From Raillietiella orientalis (lineage: Eukaryota): a stretch of 64,000 nt of DNA. Location of the stretch: NCBI GenBank assembly GCA_036172245.1, contig JAYWIR010000001.1, positions 682,001 to 746,000 on the forward strand. The letters run 5' to 3'. This document shows positions 13,560-25,869 of the stretch, piece by piece; position 1 is the stretch's first letter, and each line of letters begins with the position of its first letter. The notes beneath the pieces are model-generated. The model saw nothing but the letters and a program-made list of their open reading frames with translations, did no database searches and had not been told where the DNA came from. The position numbers and the translations under genes are program-made.

Positions 13560-15200
13560 ACCCGCGGCCCCGCGCAACGCACGCGCCCCTCCCCCGCACT
13601 GCTCCGCGCGGGCAGCGGGCGTCCGCCGACAGGCACGCACCGCCACAGAATCCCAAGGTCTGCTCCCTCGCAGAATCCCACTTCCCGGGGAGCACGGCGG
13701 AAGACCACCCGCGCGTGCACGTCTCCAGAAACACGTCCCGGGAATGGGAAACCTCCGGCGGAGCAGTACCTGCTGGCGCGCGCTCGTTTGGCAAGGGGCG
13801 CTCGCATGTGCGTAACATGTGCGCACCTTTCCTTGAGGTCATCGGCTGCGGAGTAAGGTCAGCTGAAGCGAAGAGCGCGGGGGCGGGGGAGGAGGGGGAG
13901 GGGGGACCGCGTGCTTCAGCGCCACCGGTTGCGAAGGGGGGGTATTCGAAACCCTCCGAACATCCGCAGGATTGCCGACTGCAGCGAAGGGTCGTCAGCG
14001 CGGGTACAGGGGCAGAGACGCTTCCTTCTTCGCTACAAAGTGCGCCAAGCTTTGCAGAAGTCATCAAGCAGTGAAATCTGAAAATGACTGTTCGTGAATT
14101 TTTCCGAACTTGTTCTATTAGAAGTTCAGTGTTAATCGGGCCCATCTTTTTTTTCTTTTTTGTCACATCAAGGATTCTTTTTTTTTTTTTTTTCCCCTCG
14201 CACGAATGTCCTTTGTATCTACATATCCAGCCTATTGGGTGAGTTCCCTCATCCGAGTTGCCAATGCTGGGAATGAGCTCAGTGGAAAAAGGATAACAGA
14301 AAGAGGACCGAGGTCTTTTTTGTCAAGCATCTGCTTTCGTCGGAATTCAAATTTGTTCGACGATTTGACGGATCGTTTGATGACTTGGTCAAGCTTTCAG
14401 ATGTATTCAATTTTCTCGTTCGCAGTTTGCTTTCTCAAGCAGACTGCACATCTCATTTTACAACCCGAGTACGAAAAGCGCATCCTTTTCTAACGTTCCG
14501 CAAAAAAAAAAAAATTTGAAAACCAACAGAAGATTCACTCAAATGCATAGTGCAAGCTCACGCTTTCATGGCATCAGTCATCCTTCCGGAAATGAGAAGG
14601 AAAAAAAAAAGGAGATAATTAAGCAGAATTTTCATGGTTCTATTGTTCGCCATTGGGACTAATTGAAAAGGTACCTTAATGAAATTCCTGTGTTGGTCTC
14701 GTGCGAGTCCTTCCATACCGGCAGAGCTACGCGGAGGGGCTGTTGTGAAGGATGTCTTTGTGGCTGCTCTTGTTCCTGCCCTTTTGTGGTCGCGAACAAG
14801 CCACACGTTCGAGAGCCGTGTCTCTTTATGAAACTTAAGCCTTATGAAATCGTGTTCAGTAGACGGGAACTGATTTTTCGTCCCGAGCTTGTCGAACCGG
14901 TTCACCCAAGATGAAAATTCGAAATAGTCGTCCCCGGATGCACCGAGAACGGAGTAGCAAATTGCATTCCAAAATTTCGTTGGATACTCGAAACCCTTCC
15001 TCTAACTCTTCTTGAAGTAATACTGACACCCCCTTCCTACACTTGGAGCTCGATCCTGGATGCATTGGTTGCGGCGAGGCATTGCTTTGAGAACCTGGCA
15101 CCCCCGCGCGTAGAGCTTTGTTTGCGAAAACGGTGATCTTGCAGAAGAGCGAGTCGGCCCAGGACCCCGGGTTTCGATGCCCGGTTCCACTGAATGTGCA
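13560..15200 (-). mobile_element. Decayed NeSL/Utopia-like relic, 3' half (post-RT, knuckle, RLE)
   Basis: RLSNVWLVR (cf. LSN.WT.AR), FRFHCLMTSAKLGAL (cf. TRFADWRFIHRARLNL), AHMLRTCERPLPNE (cf. ALIIDVTCPF.N) and LPGKWDS (cf. LGSWDP), in the correct order. Confidence 0.55.
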
Positions 15201-15249
15201 GTGGGATTGGCTAGAAAGGCTAGGTCACAAAGCTAATCGCTTTTTCCCT

Positions 15250-16900
15250 CCTTTCATCTCCAATCGGAGGCGTGTTTCTTCCCTGTCCATAAGCCGCTTA
15301 AATCTCTGCTTTGAGTTCACAGAAGCGCTTTGACATTTTCGCCTTTACTGAGCCACTCAACGTGCACAAGATACTCATGTTCTGCCTCCAATTCCAAAAA
15401 AAAAAATTTCTTATCCATTCTGCAGGGAAGGTATCGCGATTCCCCATGGAACTTGAGCATTCCGCCACCACAGACATCGGCAGAATTGACGTTTGAGCAC
15501 ATTTCTATGAGCGATGCAACGTCGAAACTTCCTGGTTTTAGACTGCCTGAACTTGAATCCCTCTTTCCTTAACTCCGGGACACCATGGTCGTTTACAGGA
15601 GCATCCATGGCCACAGGTACAGGTTTTCCGTGTAGCGAGTTGGATTCCAGTGATGCCAACCGCACGCCTTTGAACAAGCCTTTTCAAATAAATACTGAAA
15701 ATAAATAAAGTTTAAAAATACATCTGCTTCCTTAGATCCCTCCCCTCGTAAAAAGGGAGGACTGAACTTTGCGTGTGTGATATCTGAGTCATCGAGAACT
15801 GATACGGCGTCTATCCAATAGGGTTCCGGTTGCGTTAATTCTTCCAGATGCAGTTCTGCGGGGCAAACTAAGTTTTCCGAACAAATTAACCTTGTCCGGG
15901 GTCGAGATCTCCACAGCTGTTGCAAGGCATCCCTCCCCTAATAAACCCCCCCACCAAGTGGCGGAAGTGATCCAGCAATTGGTTCGCTGTTTCACACGCA
16001 CGCACGCACACAGTTTCATGCGGCCGTCGGCCGCGATGATCGAGCAGGCGGGTGCGCTATGCACTTACTCATCCCTATTTTATCGTGCCAAAATTTCAAG
16101 CTGGCACCGATTTCAAAGGACACGGTGACACAATTATTTGAGCCGGTCGTTCTGTCCGGCGCGCGGGCCCAAAGTCCCTTCCGTCCACCTATGCGGAATG
16201 CAGTGGATCTCGTGCGAAACGACAAATTCGCCTCGCACGCCAGCCACTTGAGGCGAAGGTATACCACGGCTTCTCCGAGAGGATGTTATTTTTAGTGTCC
16301 TTTGCTAACGGTTGGCTAGATAAGAAAGATGGCTCTTAGGTGGAAAGAACGGCAGCGCCACCGAACGCGAAATTTCCATGCAACCCCGGCTGCATCCCAC
16401 AGGCGGAGACTTCGAGCACCTTCGGTGTGGTTCTGCCTGACCGCTGGCCGCTGCGCTCGGTGGTGGCTCTGCCCCGGTGAGAGGCCTCCCGACAGAATGG
16501 AATCCGACAAGTGGACAGTTTTGCAGACGTGGTTTGCTGCTGGTGAATGGTGGATTCGCCGAGAGGATGAAGATGGAATCGCTCTTGCCAGTGCTCGGGA
16601 ATCCAAATCAGACTGTTTTCAGAATGCATGCATGGCCGGATCAGAACCAGGAAGATGGCGCGGTGCCTCCTCATGCCACCAGTCCAAACGTCGGTAATCG
16701 CCAACGGAACCAGGCGCTCCGTCGCGCTTACGCCCATCCGTTTGGCGCGAGGCGGTTTGCCTGCTTCACCGCAAGCAGAAGAATTTTCGGGGAAGGTAAC
16801 CATTACCCGACCGGTCGACTCTAGTTTCCCTTATCTCTGATTTCTGGGGTTCTGACGCGGGGGATCCGTAGTTCATTATGCTCGGGTCACAAAACGTTCC
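15250..16900 (-). mobile_element. Decayed NeSL/Utopia-like relic (RT to zinc knuckle)
   Basis: AVKQANRLAP (~16770; cf. GVKQGCPLSP), RFHLHPLGESTIH (cf. L.FNP.KC.TLH), WIDAVSVLDDSD (cf. ID.AFKLL.S.D), EHEYLVHV (cf. ETL.HV). Confidence 0.55.
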
Positions 16901-17929
16901 GTCGACTCTCACTGTGAAAAGTTTGCAGCCAGTCTTCGGATCCTTTGCGGGTTTTCAGTTTTTTCCTGCGTTCCGGAAAAGCTTCTAGAGTAAAGTTCAT
17001 TGAGAAACGCGGGACAGGTACTTCCCACCCGCTAAATATGCAACCATGGGTAAGTGCAGAATGAGTTTATCTCAATGAACGGTGACTGATGCTTTTCTGA
17101 AATAGGGGAGCAAGATCCCAAGGTTCTTAAGGAGAGAAGAGCGAATTGTCCATGAGATGAGTTTCCTCCACAAAGAAAGATAAAAAGTCTGACTATTATG
17201 TATGTTTTTTTTTTTTTTTGCGATGATGGCTTAGAAAGCGTTTCGGAGGTGTCCACAAAGAAATCCATCCGTGTTAGGAGGTTGTGCTGGATTTCGCCAA
17301 GAATAACATATTTTGTTTCTTAGAAGCAAGGTGCTTCCCCTACTGAATTCGCAAAGCACACCATTGCGAACTGACAGGAAGGTACCAACAAAAACAGTAT
17401 TGCTTACACTATTTTTGTTAGCGTTCTCGTCTTTTTCTTAGCGTTTTTCTATGAGCAAGCCCTCCACCACGGTTTCGTCTCTTTCGAACGCTCCCTTTCG
17501 CGTTCTCATCTCTTCGGCAATGTTTCATTAGAGTAATTTTGCTCTCGGGGCTGGAATTATGTTCATCTTAGATTTGCAGACATGCAGGAGGGTGAGAATA
17601 CGAAAACTCTTCAGATTGCTCGCGTATCCGCTCGTTACCAAGGCTACCGCATTCTTTTCGATATTCTTTAGCGATTCTGCAGCTTATGTGGCGATTTTAT
17701 GCACTTCGCACCGAGACGGAAGACGCCACATCCCGTATTCTTATTCCCGTCACATCGAAAAAAAAAAAAAAAAAACACACCCACACAAAAAAAATGTCAA
17801 TTGATAATCCGTCAATCGAAGCTCTACGTGGCGCAGCGAATAGGATGAAGCGTTAACTCAGATCGAATACCCGGCGGCTACGCTGTTCACAAACACAAGT
17901 AGCATGGTGTTCTAGCAGGATGCAAGTTT

Positions 17930-20450
17930 ATTCAACGGAACCCGAAGAACTCGCAACCGCCGCCGAGGAAACAGGGACACACAAAAGGCCCTCGTCGAGT
18001 TCGACTGCTTCCCTTTCAATTAAAAGGAATATGGCTGGTGCACAGGACACCACTTCGCACTGAGTAAAGCAGACGTTAGTTAAAATCACGGGAGCCGAAG
18101 GATTTGGCATTATGCTGTAACCACGTTTCGAGGATAGCTGCAAGCAAATCCCATTTCTGAAGACAAGGGAGCCGAGCAGTCTCAATGGCATTTTGGATGC
18201 CACGGAAAGAATTGCAATTACAACCCACAGAAACACTTCGCGTTCGAGCGACAAGAAAAAGGACGCCCCTTTGGTTAGAGCGGGAGGCTGTCGGGAAAAT
18301 GGTAGGCATCCTCGGAATGCCTTTGTATAGTATGAAATGTAATTGTTTATCCAGCTTTCGTTCTCACACGCTGAAAGGAATGTGCTCTGCCTTTAATGCC
18401 GTGGATCTTTTTTTTCCCGAAGCTCAGGGATCGAAAACTAGAGTCGCAAACCAAAGGCGAGTGTGATTCCAACACCACACTCAAAAGAACGAAGTAAAGA
18501 GTGGCCAATCTTAACGTGGCTTGTTCACCTCCCACTCTTGAAATACTTGTCTGGCTGCTGCACGCCTTTTGCTTTGAAGCACTCTTTCAAAAATGCATAT
18601 GAAGTGGATCAACGGACTCGGAAAGACAATCCACTGAGGGGGTTCCAAAGTGTGGCTGCACGATACGTCTCGAGGATCGTGGCTTTCATAGAAAGGGAAG
18701 CGTTTTCAAAACGACATGCAAGATGCATGTGGACGGAATGTTTCCATCAGGATCGCTCCATTAGAGAAAAATGCAGCCAATCCCAAACGATGCAAGGCTT
18801 TTCATGATTTCTTCGAAACTCCATAAAAAGTCGCTGCAAAACTTTCGAATCCAAAAATACCGCGTAGACTTTGAATTGAACCAAGAGGAACATTTTGAGC
18901 TCTAAGGAGGAGAGGGCAGCTCGTTCTGTAGTTTTTCATAACTTCGCAATTTTACTTTTTCTTTAAACGCATGCTTTTTTTTCCTGCCCGAAACACTCAA
19001 AAATTGTTTCGAGCCTAGAATGCTTGTTCTTGTTCTGGAATTGCTGTGTCACGAAGAATATGCAATGTTCGATGTTTGTTAAAGGCAGAGGTGTCAGACG
19101 AAGATACTGGGAATAGAGAGGAAAGGTTAGTAAGGATGGAGTAGTCCCGAAACGCGTCCTTAGAGGTATACACCTTTTGACACTTCTGCGCCGTCAATAC
19201 AGATCAGCCATGAATTTTGTTGAAGTCACTGATAGTGCTCACAAATTAGAGTCCGTGCTTTTTCTGAGTAGAACACTGTACTTTATGTCATTGTATAAAT
19301 GTTTTTGTTGGATGCAGTGACACACACACACACACCTTCAGTTGCTGCTTGAGCATCTCCAACGCAAGGGACTGGCATGTGTCGTAAAGGTAAGAACTCA
19401 TCTTCACACGTCTCTGTGGTCCCTGGCACTGCATTTCATTCTAATGCTCTTTCTCAATACGAGCTATAATAATCCGAGCTATGTTTCCCCCAATAATTCA
19501 AGTGTTTTTCAAAATCAGCAACAGGGATCGGACAAGTTCAACACACATGAATTTCAAATTCATACATTTTGAAAGTAGTCGCAAATACTTGATTAGTAAT
19601 GGCTAGAAAAAAACAATGATTTTGAGGTTTCGGGATGAGGAATAATGAACTGCGTAGCTCTGGTAGGACCCGCCGCCAGTTTCCTCCTGCGGAAGAAATG
19701 GCATGCTGTGGAGAAATTTAAACAAATTCGGCTCATCCTTCCTGGTTCGTCCATGAGTGCAAGATCTTACTTTGGAATCGAAACCAGGAAGTGCAGTACC
19801 GTTTCGGGTGTTACTTTTGTACTTGAGGTGTCTGAAAGAAACACCGAAAGGCATCGCTGCGTCCTGTGCACCCTCTGCGGAGATCACCTCATTATTTTGG
19901 AATACGGGGCATCATCATCACGTGGATCTTCTTCCTGTCAAGACAAAAAAAAAAATGGGATCTGCTGCTCGGACGTAGGATTTATTGATTCATAGGTGCA
20001 CACGGGTGTTACACGCTCCACAGCGACCCGACTCGATGCACCTGACGGCCTTCCTGTTGAAAACTTTTGCTGCAAATGAGAGAAACTGCAACGTAGCTCT
20101 TCGCCTTGTGCTTGGGCAGGCAGCTGTCGGCGCATTATTCCTACTCGAAATGTGTGCAATCGACTCCAAGCAGGAAACCATAGCGCTGGTGTTAAGCAAG
20201 CCGACTCCCTTCAATCCATGGGCAACCGGATCGCGACTTCGGGACAGGCAAGGGAGGGCCACGCACCGTAACGCAGGCAAATACTGCACGACTCAAGGGA
20301 GTACAATCGGCATGTGGTGCATTGCTGCTATACAGATGGATGCACCAATGTTTTGGATATACCAATTTTGCGTTTCTAAAAAGAAAAGCCTTCCTTACGG
20401 CGCCGACACTGGCGACCTGGGTGCACACTTGAAATGTGTCCCCAAAAGAG
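17930..20450 (+). mobile_element. Decayed NeSL/Utopia-like relic
   Basis: Remnants in order: CKQIP, LWLEREAV (cf. RL..W.E), ILTWL (cf. VAWLD), RKDNPLRG (cf. KQGDPLSG), LILPGSS..RSYFG (cf. LYLP..A..YLYG), KQETIALVL (cf. ETLPHVL). Confidence 0.55.
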
Positions 20451-21632
20451 GTTTGGAGAACAGTTTACCGTTTTTCTCTGTAGTGGGTTTCGTTTAACAT
20501 GCTATTACATTTACACAGGAACCATCATGGGGAGATGCACACGAATCATACATGGAATGAGAGAATGATACTAGTTACATGTCACATGGATGTGCAGAAT
20601 AAGCACAGTCAGAATGGGCCGTATGCTAGAACTATTGTGGGCAAAGGCAAACGTTTCATGTGTGCACTTTCCTCAATTGGAAAATCACAGAGAGAGAAAT
20701 GAACTGCCATCTTTTTTTGACAACAGGCTTGTTGCTCTCTATGCTCTGCACCTCGAATGAACATCCATTACACACCCTACGTGCTTCAAGCAAAATACAG
20801 TGGAAGGGTTTCATGGGAAAAAAAAAAAGAAAAAGAAAAAAAAGTCAAGTAAACTCATTTTCCATTCCATACAGTTTTGCTACAGGTTTTGATGTCTGTA
20901 GCACCAGGAACCGTTTGTTTTCTCGAGGTCAATGCATTTGCTTTGGCTTGCCAAGTGAAACCAACTGGTATGGCCAGAGGAGTCACTTCACATCAACTAG
21001 GCAACAGCATTCAAACTGCATTCTGGCAATGCTGAGGCATTGCAAAATTACACCACAATAACGCTATTTGTGATGCAAAATGGTTGCAGCTACACTGTTT
21101 TGTTCAAGTGCAGCAAGTACTTTAGCTCAAAGGCACTGCACCTCTGAAAACAAAGTCTAACAAAAACTGCTACTGTGTGATGTATTTTTGTAATTTAATC
21201 AACTGATCAAACCAATTTACAAACAAGTTGCACACTTAACAGCACAAAGGATGCAATTCGTTTGCAAATAACACACTTGTTGCAATCAATCTGCATCAAA
21301 CCACAGGGTAATTTCTTGTCAACAATTTCAGTTCACACTGCTGACCAGCAATTTCAACTGTTACTGAGAGACATTACCGCATACTTAATGCACCATCAAA
21401 ATTGTATTATAATCACAAGTTGCTTTGATCTCATTACAAACTGTGGATTTCTGAAATGTTGGTTTGAAATTCATAAATGTGTTTGCTGATTATTTCATGG
21501 GCAAAAAAATAGGGCATATGATGCTAATGCAAACAAAGTTGTATGTAGAAACAAAATACATGCGGAACCTGGCACACTCACATCCATGGGTATGTCATAT
21601 CACAACAACCCAAAAAATCATTTTAAAAAAAC

Positions 21633-24600
21633 TTATTTGCCAAGCCCCAATTTTTTTGCTTCAATCTCATAGATCAGCAACCTCCACATTTTCACCACAA
21701 ATACTTCAGCTTCCTCATCAAGCACCTATACAAAAAACTGCTGTAAACAGTAGCCTGTTTGCCATCAGCACTTACCATCAGAACATCATCAAGGATGCAC
21801 TGAGGTTCACTGCCTGCCAGCACTTTACCACAGATAAAATCCACTAAAGTTTGTTCAGGTTCACCAATGTACTCAATGATCTTCTTGTTGATCCAAGGAC
21901 GGATACGCTTCTCCATCAGTGACTGGAAAGTGCCCTAATAAATCATCTCTAGCATACATTGAACTTACATTGTCCACCATATCCCAATCAATAGTATATG
22001 CAAATAGTTCTTCTTTGGCAGTAGGAATCTTGTCAATTATGGATTTGATGTGCTTGCGCTTCTCTTCTGATGATTTCTGCTTTTCCTTCTTTTCCTCATC
22101 GTAATCTAGATGAACATGTTTATGTGCAGTAACACAGCATATAGCACTACACTACTCACCAATGGGCACAAGCTTTCTCTTTTTAACAACAACTTCTTCT
22201 TCTTCGTCTGTATTAAACACATCCTTGATATCTAATTTCTTTTTCTTGGGGAGTAACATGGCTGGAGAGCGTTCTGTTGGAGAACTGGGACTAAAATCCT
22301 TTTCTCCCGAGGCTGCCACTACTTCACGAAAACCGTCCACTGATGGTTCATTGGAATCTGACTTCACAGAAACAAAACTAAACTGGGTATCTTCCTCTTC
22401 AGCCTTGACAGTGCTGGATTCCAGATCTTTGGATGGGCTATGGTCTTTTTCAGGTGAAACAGCATGCACCTCTGCAATAGCTTGCACATCATTGTCTTCT
22501 TCAGGAGGCACTAATATCTTCGGCTTATAGAATTCTTCCCTCTGGCGCTTGAGCTAAAATTACTTAGTTAGCAGCACTGCAACTTTTCAATAAAACCTTT
22601 TCAAATTCAGCCAGAGGGTCAGGATGACCTTGCTTAATAATTTGCTGCCTAAGTTCCTCCAATTCTTCTTTTTCCCTTTGTCTATCTTTATTATCGATTT
22701 CAATTTCCTTTTGTCTTTCTGAAAGTCGTCTTGCTAGTTCTCGTCCCCTGAAATTATGCAGTAGTTTGCTGGAACGCACACACTACTTTACTTGTAGTAT
22801 TTAGGATCATCGCGATCATCATCATAGTCTTCCAAAAATTCCTTGAGTCGCCGTGCCTCCTTGGCATCTTCATCCCTCTGTTTTCTTTCATGATCCTTTT
22901 TCTTATCATAATCCCTGTGTTTTTTTCGCTCTCGTGCTTCCCAGATACGCAATTTCTCCTATGCACACCATCAGTCTATGATCTGTGTGAAAGCAAACTT
23001 ACCTGATAAGCAGCTTCCTTTTCTCTGGCCTTTCTTTCTAATTTTTTACGTTCCTTTGCTTCCTCTTCCTCTTCTTTTTCTTTCCAGATTTGCCTCTCGG
23101 TCTTCCGAATGTCTCGGATTGATGCAGAACGCGACCTGCACATGACACCAATCATGAAATACCTCTCAGTTATCTTCTCCATATTTCATGACGAACACTA
23201 GCATTCTTCACTTACCGTGATCGGGACCTCCGACGGTCCCGGTTTTTGACTCTTATCTTGTTAGAATAGCTATTGGGATCGCGAGATGGGCTGGGTGTAC
23301 GTGACTTCCGAGACTCTTTTTCAGTCTTTTCCTTTTTACTGGAAGATCTACTCAAATTGATGTGGCCCCCACCCTACATGAACTGACTTGGTTTTAGGTT
23401 TCTCCTCAACAGGTTTCTCTCGTTCCTGGATTTCCCTTTCCTTATCTTTGTCCTCCTTTTTCTTCCTCTCTATTTCCTTCTCCTCTTCTTGTTTCTGAAA
23501 GTAACAGGCAAACAAATTATTCTCTCATGTTTCCCTGAACTTCTGATCCATCCACAGCAGACATCAAATGGCAAGTTTCTTTTTAACACTTAGTGTCACG
23601 TTTGTCTGAATCCCATAAGGGCCCCTTCCCAATGACTCTGACATACCATATACTGTGATTCCTTGAGATGAAGCAGGAGGTCAATACCAGATTAAGTGAC
23701 GATTCTGGATAAATTCATTCGTCTATTCTGAGTCACTTACCCCTCCCCCCCAAAACTCCCCCAATAGCCCACCTCTGCCATTTTTGGAGAGGCATATGTT
23801 GAAATTGGATATCCCGTGACCTGCCCAGCTTACCTACTGCAGATGTATGTTAAACAAAGACAAAACATGATCCACGTGGGTCTGATGCCTGAGGGCATGA
23901 GGCACAGGACCCTTCCAGGTGCAACAAGACTAATGATCTCATATTCAAATAGGAAAAGACACAAAGAGCCAAGGTAGATGATGCCTAGACAAGCCTGGCA
24001 GTAATGTCACACTTTGGCGCATAGGGCACTTACCCTTAAGCCCCACAGAAACAGAAACCCTCTTCAAGGTTAGCAAATGATACCCCTGAGGGGATGTATC
24101 AACTGGTGACTCAGCCCCATACTGAGGGGCTCCTTTATAGAAAAAAGGAAACAATGGGTTTAGAAAAATTCATAATTGAATTTTTTAGCTATCAGATTGA
24201 ACTGCAGGGATCAGCAAAATGGGGTCATCAAAAACCCCATAAAGCGGCTTTTACTCACCAACTACTCAGAAGCTTGATTATGCCTTGCTGAAATGGGATG
24301 ACCCCAAATTGCTTGATTTACCCAATTGGACAGCTAAAGCATTTGTATTGGGTGACCTTATAGTCTAACATGAATTAAAGGATTTGACCCTAGCACACAA
24401 TGCCCTATCTCACAAAACAAACCCTTCACAATGAACCCCTCCTCTACTACAAGGATCTGCTCCTGCATTGACTAGATCCCCCCATGTTAAAAATCTTTCT
24501 CAGTTATTCAAAGTCACATTGGTTACCTTCATGAGATCCCGGAATTTGCCAATCTCTCTTGTGATGATATCCTTGCGCTCCTCATCATCCACTCCCAGGT

Positions 24601-25869
24601 CCATTGTATCAGTCTGCAAGAGTCATAACTGACAGCTACCATGAAAAGAACTCACCGGTAAGCCATCTAGAAATGAGCCTAGTTCGCCTGAATGTGCCTA
24701 TTAGCAAAAACACAGAAGCAATTGCCATTTTACCTTTTAGAGGAGGAGGTTGGTAATTGTCCATATCATCCTTATGTGCAGTAATCAAGGCCTGAATCCT
24801 CTCCCTGGCTGCTTGATCATCTGCTTTCATGTCTTCATCCATGTAATCCTCCTCCTCTGGATTTTCATCTTGCAAAGGACTCTGCATCCCAGTTTCCCTA
24901 AGACTTCTGCGCTTCAGAGCTACAGTAATTTGCTAAAATGCTAAATTCAGGAATGAATCATTTTTATACCTTTGTATTCATCCAATATGCTCTTTGCTTT
25001 GGTGTCCACCTTTACTACCAATTTCTTGTCACAGATAGGCCAATCATGCAGCACCCTCATGGCTCGAAGACCAGCATCAGGATTACCAAACTCACAAAAT
25101 CCAAATGCTTTTCGGGATACACTTTTGGACTCTTGCTTTGGGCTATCAGCTCACCTTGTAATCGTCCAGAGGCACCTTGCACTCTTTTCCAATTCAGTAC
25201 AGTTCCACAAACAGACAAAATGGAACGGACCATTGGATCAGGGGCACGTTCAGTAATATTTCCAATGAAAACAGTAACAGGTGGACCAGCTGGCTCTGCT
25301 GTTCTCCTTGGGAGTGGAGTCATACATAACATAGATGCAGGTGATGCTGGAACAGGTGGTCTCTGCATGGTGTAATTGAGACTGAGTGTGGGTTGTAAAG
25401 TCCGAATGTCTTGAAGTGGGGTAGGGGTAGCAATTGTAGTAGCCATCATCTAATAGGAAATTAAATGATGTGGATTTACTTAGAATAACAATACACTTAA
25501 AATGAGACACAGAATGCACTTAAAGCAATGATGTTTTCTTTTGCTTCCTACATGCAGTTTATTTTACTACAAGTAAAAAAAAAAAACAAGCAAAAAAAAA
25601 TACATACTGCCTCTCTTGAACTTATGCATATGCTATCAATAATTAATTTTATTGTTCATTCAAAATACAAGCAACTCACCGGTGCCATAGGAAAATGCAT
25701 CGGAGGCATCATTGCTGAAACCAGAAGTCCTGTTTAAAACCAAGTAACAATGCCAAATCCAATATATATGAAAATTTGTGAATTACTTACCACCAAAATA
25801 AGGATTCGGCAAAACAGGAGTCATGGTAAGTCCAGGAATCATTGGAGGTGGTCTTGGAGGATATGACAT
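21633..25869 (-). CDS. RBM25: RNA-binding protein 25 (RRM, RE/RS-rich region, C-terminal PWI domain), multi-exon
   Basis: Starts MSYPPRPPPM at 25869. RRM: VTVFIGNITERAPD...WKRVQGASGRLQ|AFGFCEF. Motifs EKEAAYQ and FLEDYDDDRDDPKYY. PWI: IRPWINKKIIEYIGEPEQTLVDFIC...VLDEEAEVFVVKMWRLLIYE. Stop TAA at 21633. The introns checked are GT-AG. Confidence 0.95.
24183..24338. repeat. Degenerate inverted repeat (MITE-like hairpin) in an RBM25 intron
   Basis: tttagctatcagattg...gcaaaatggggtcatc (24183-24229) pairs with gatgaccccaaattgc...caattggacagctaaa (24297-24338). Confidence 0.55.

Noticed and set aside
19342-19389. Isolated exon-like segment (ag|LLLEHLQRKGLACVVK|gtaaga)
   Set aside because: No partner exons were identified and it lies within an inferred relic, so it cannot support a gene.
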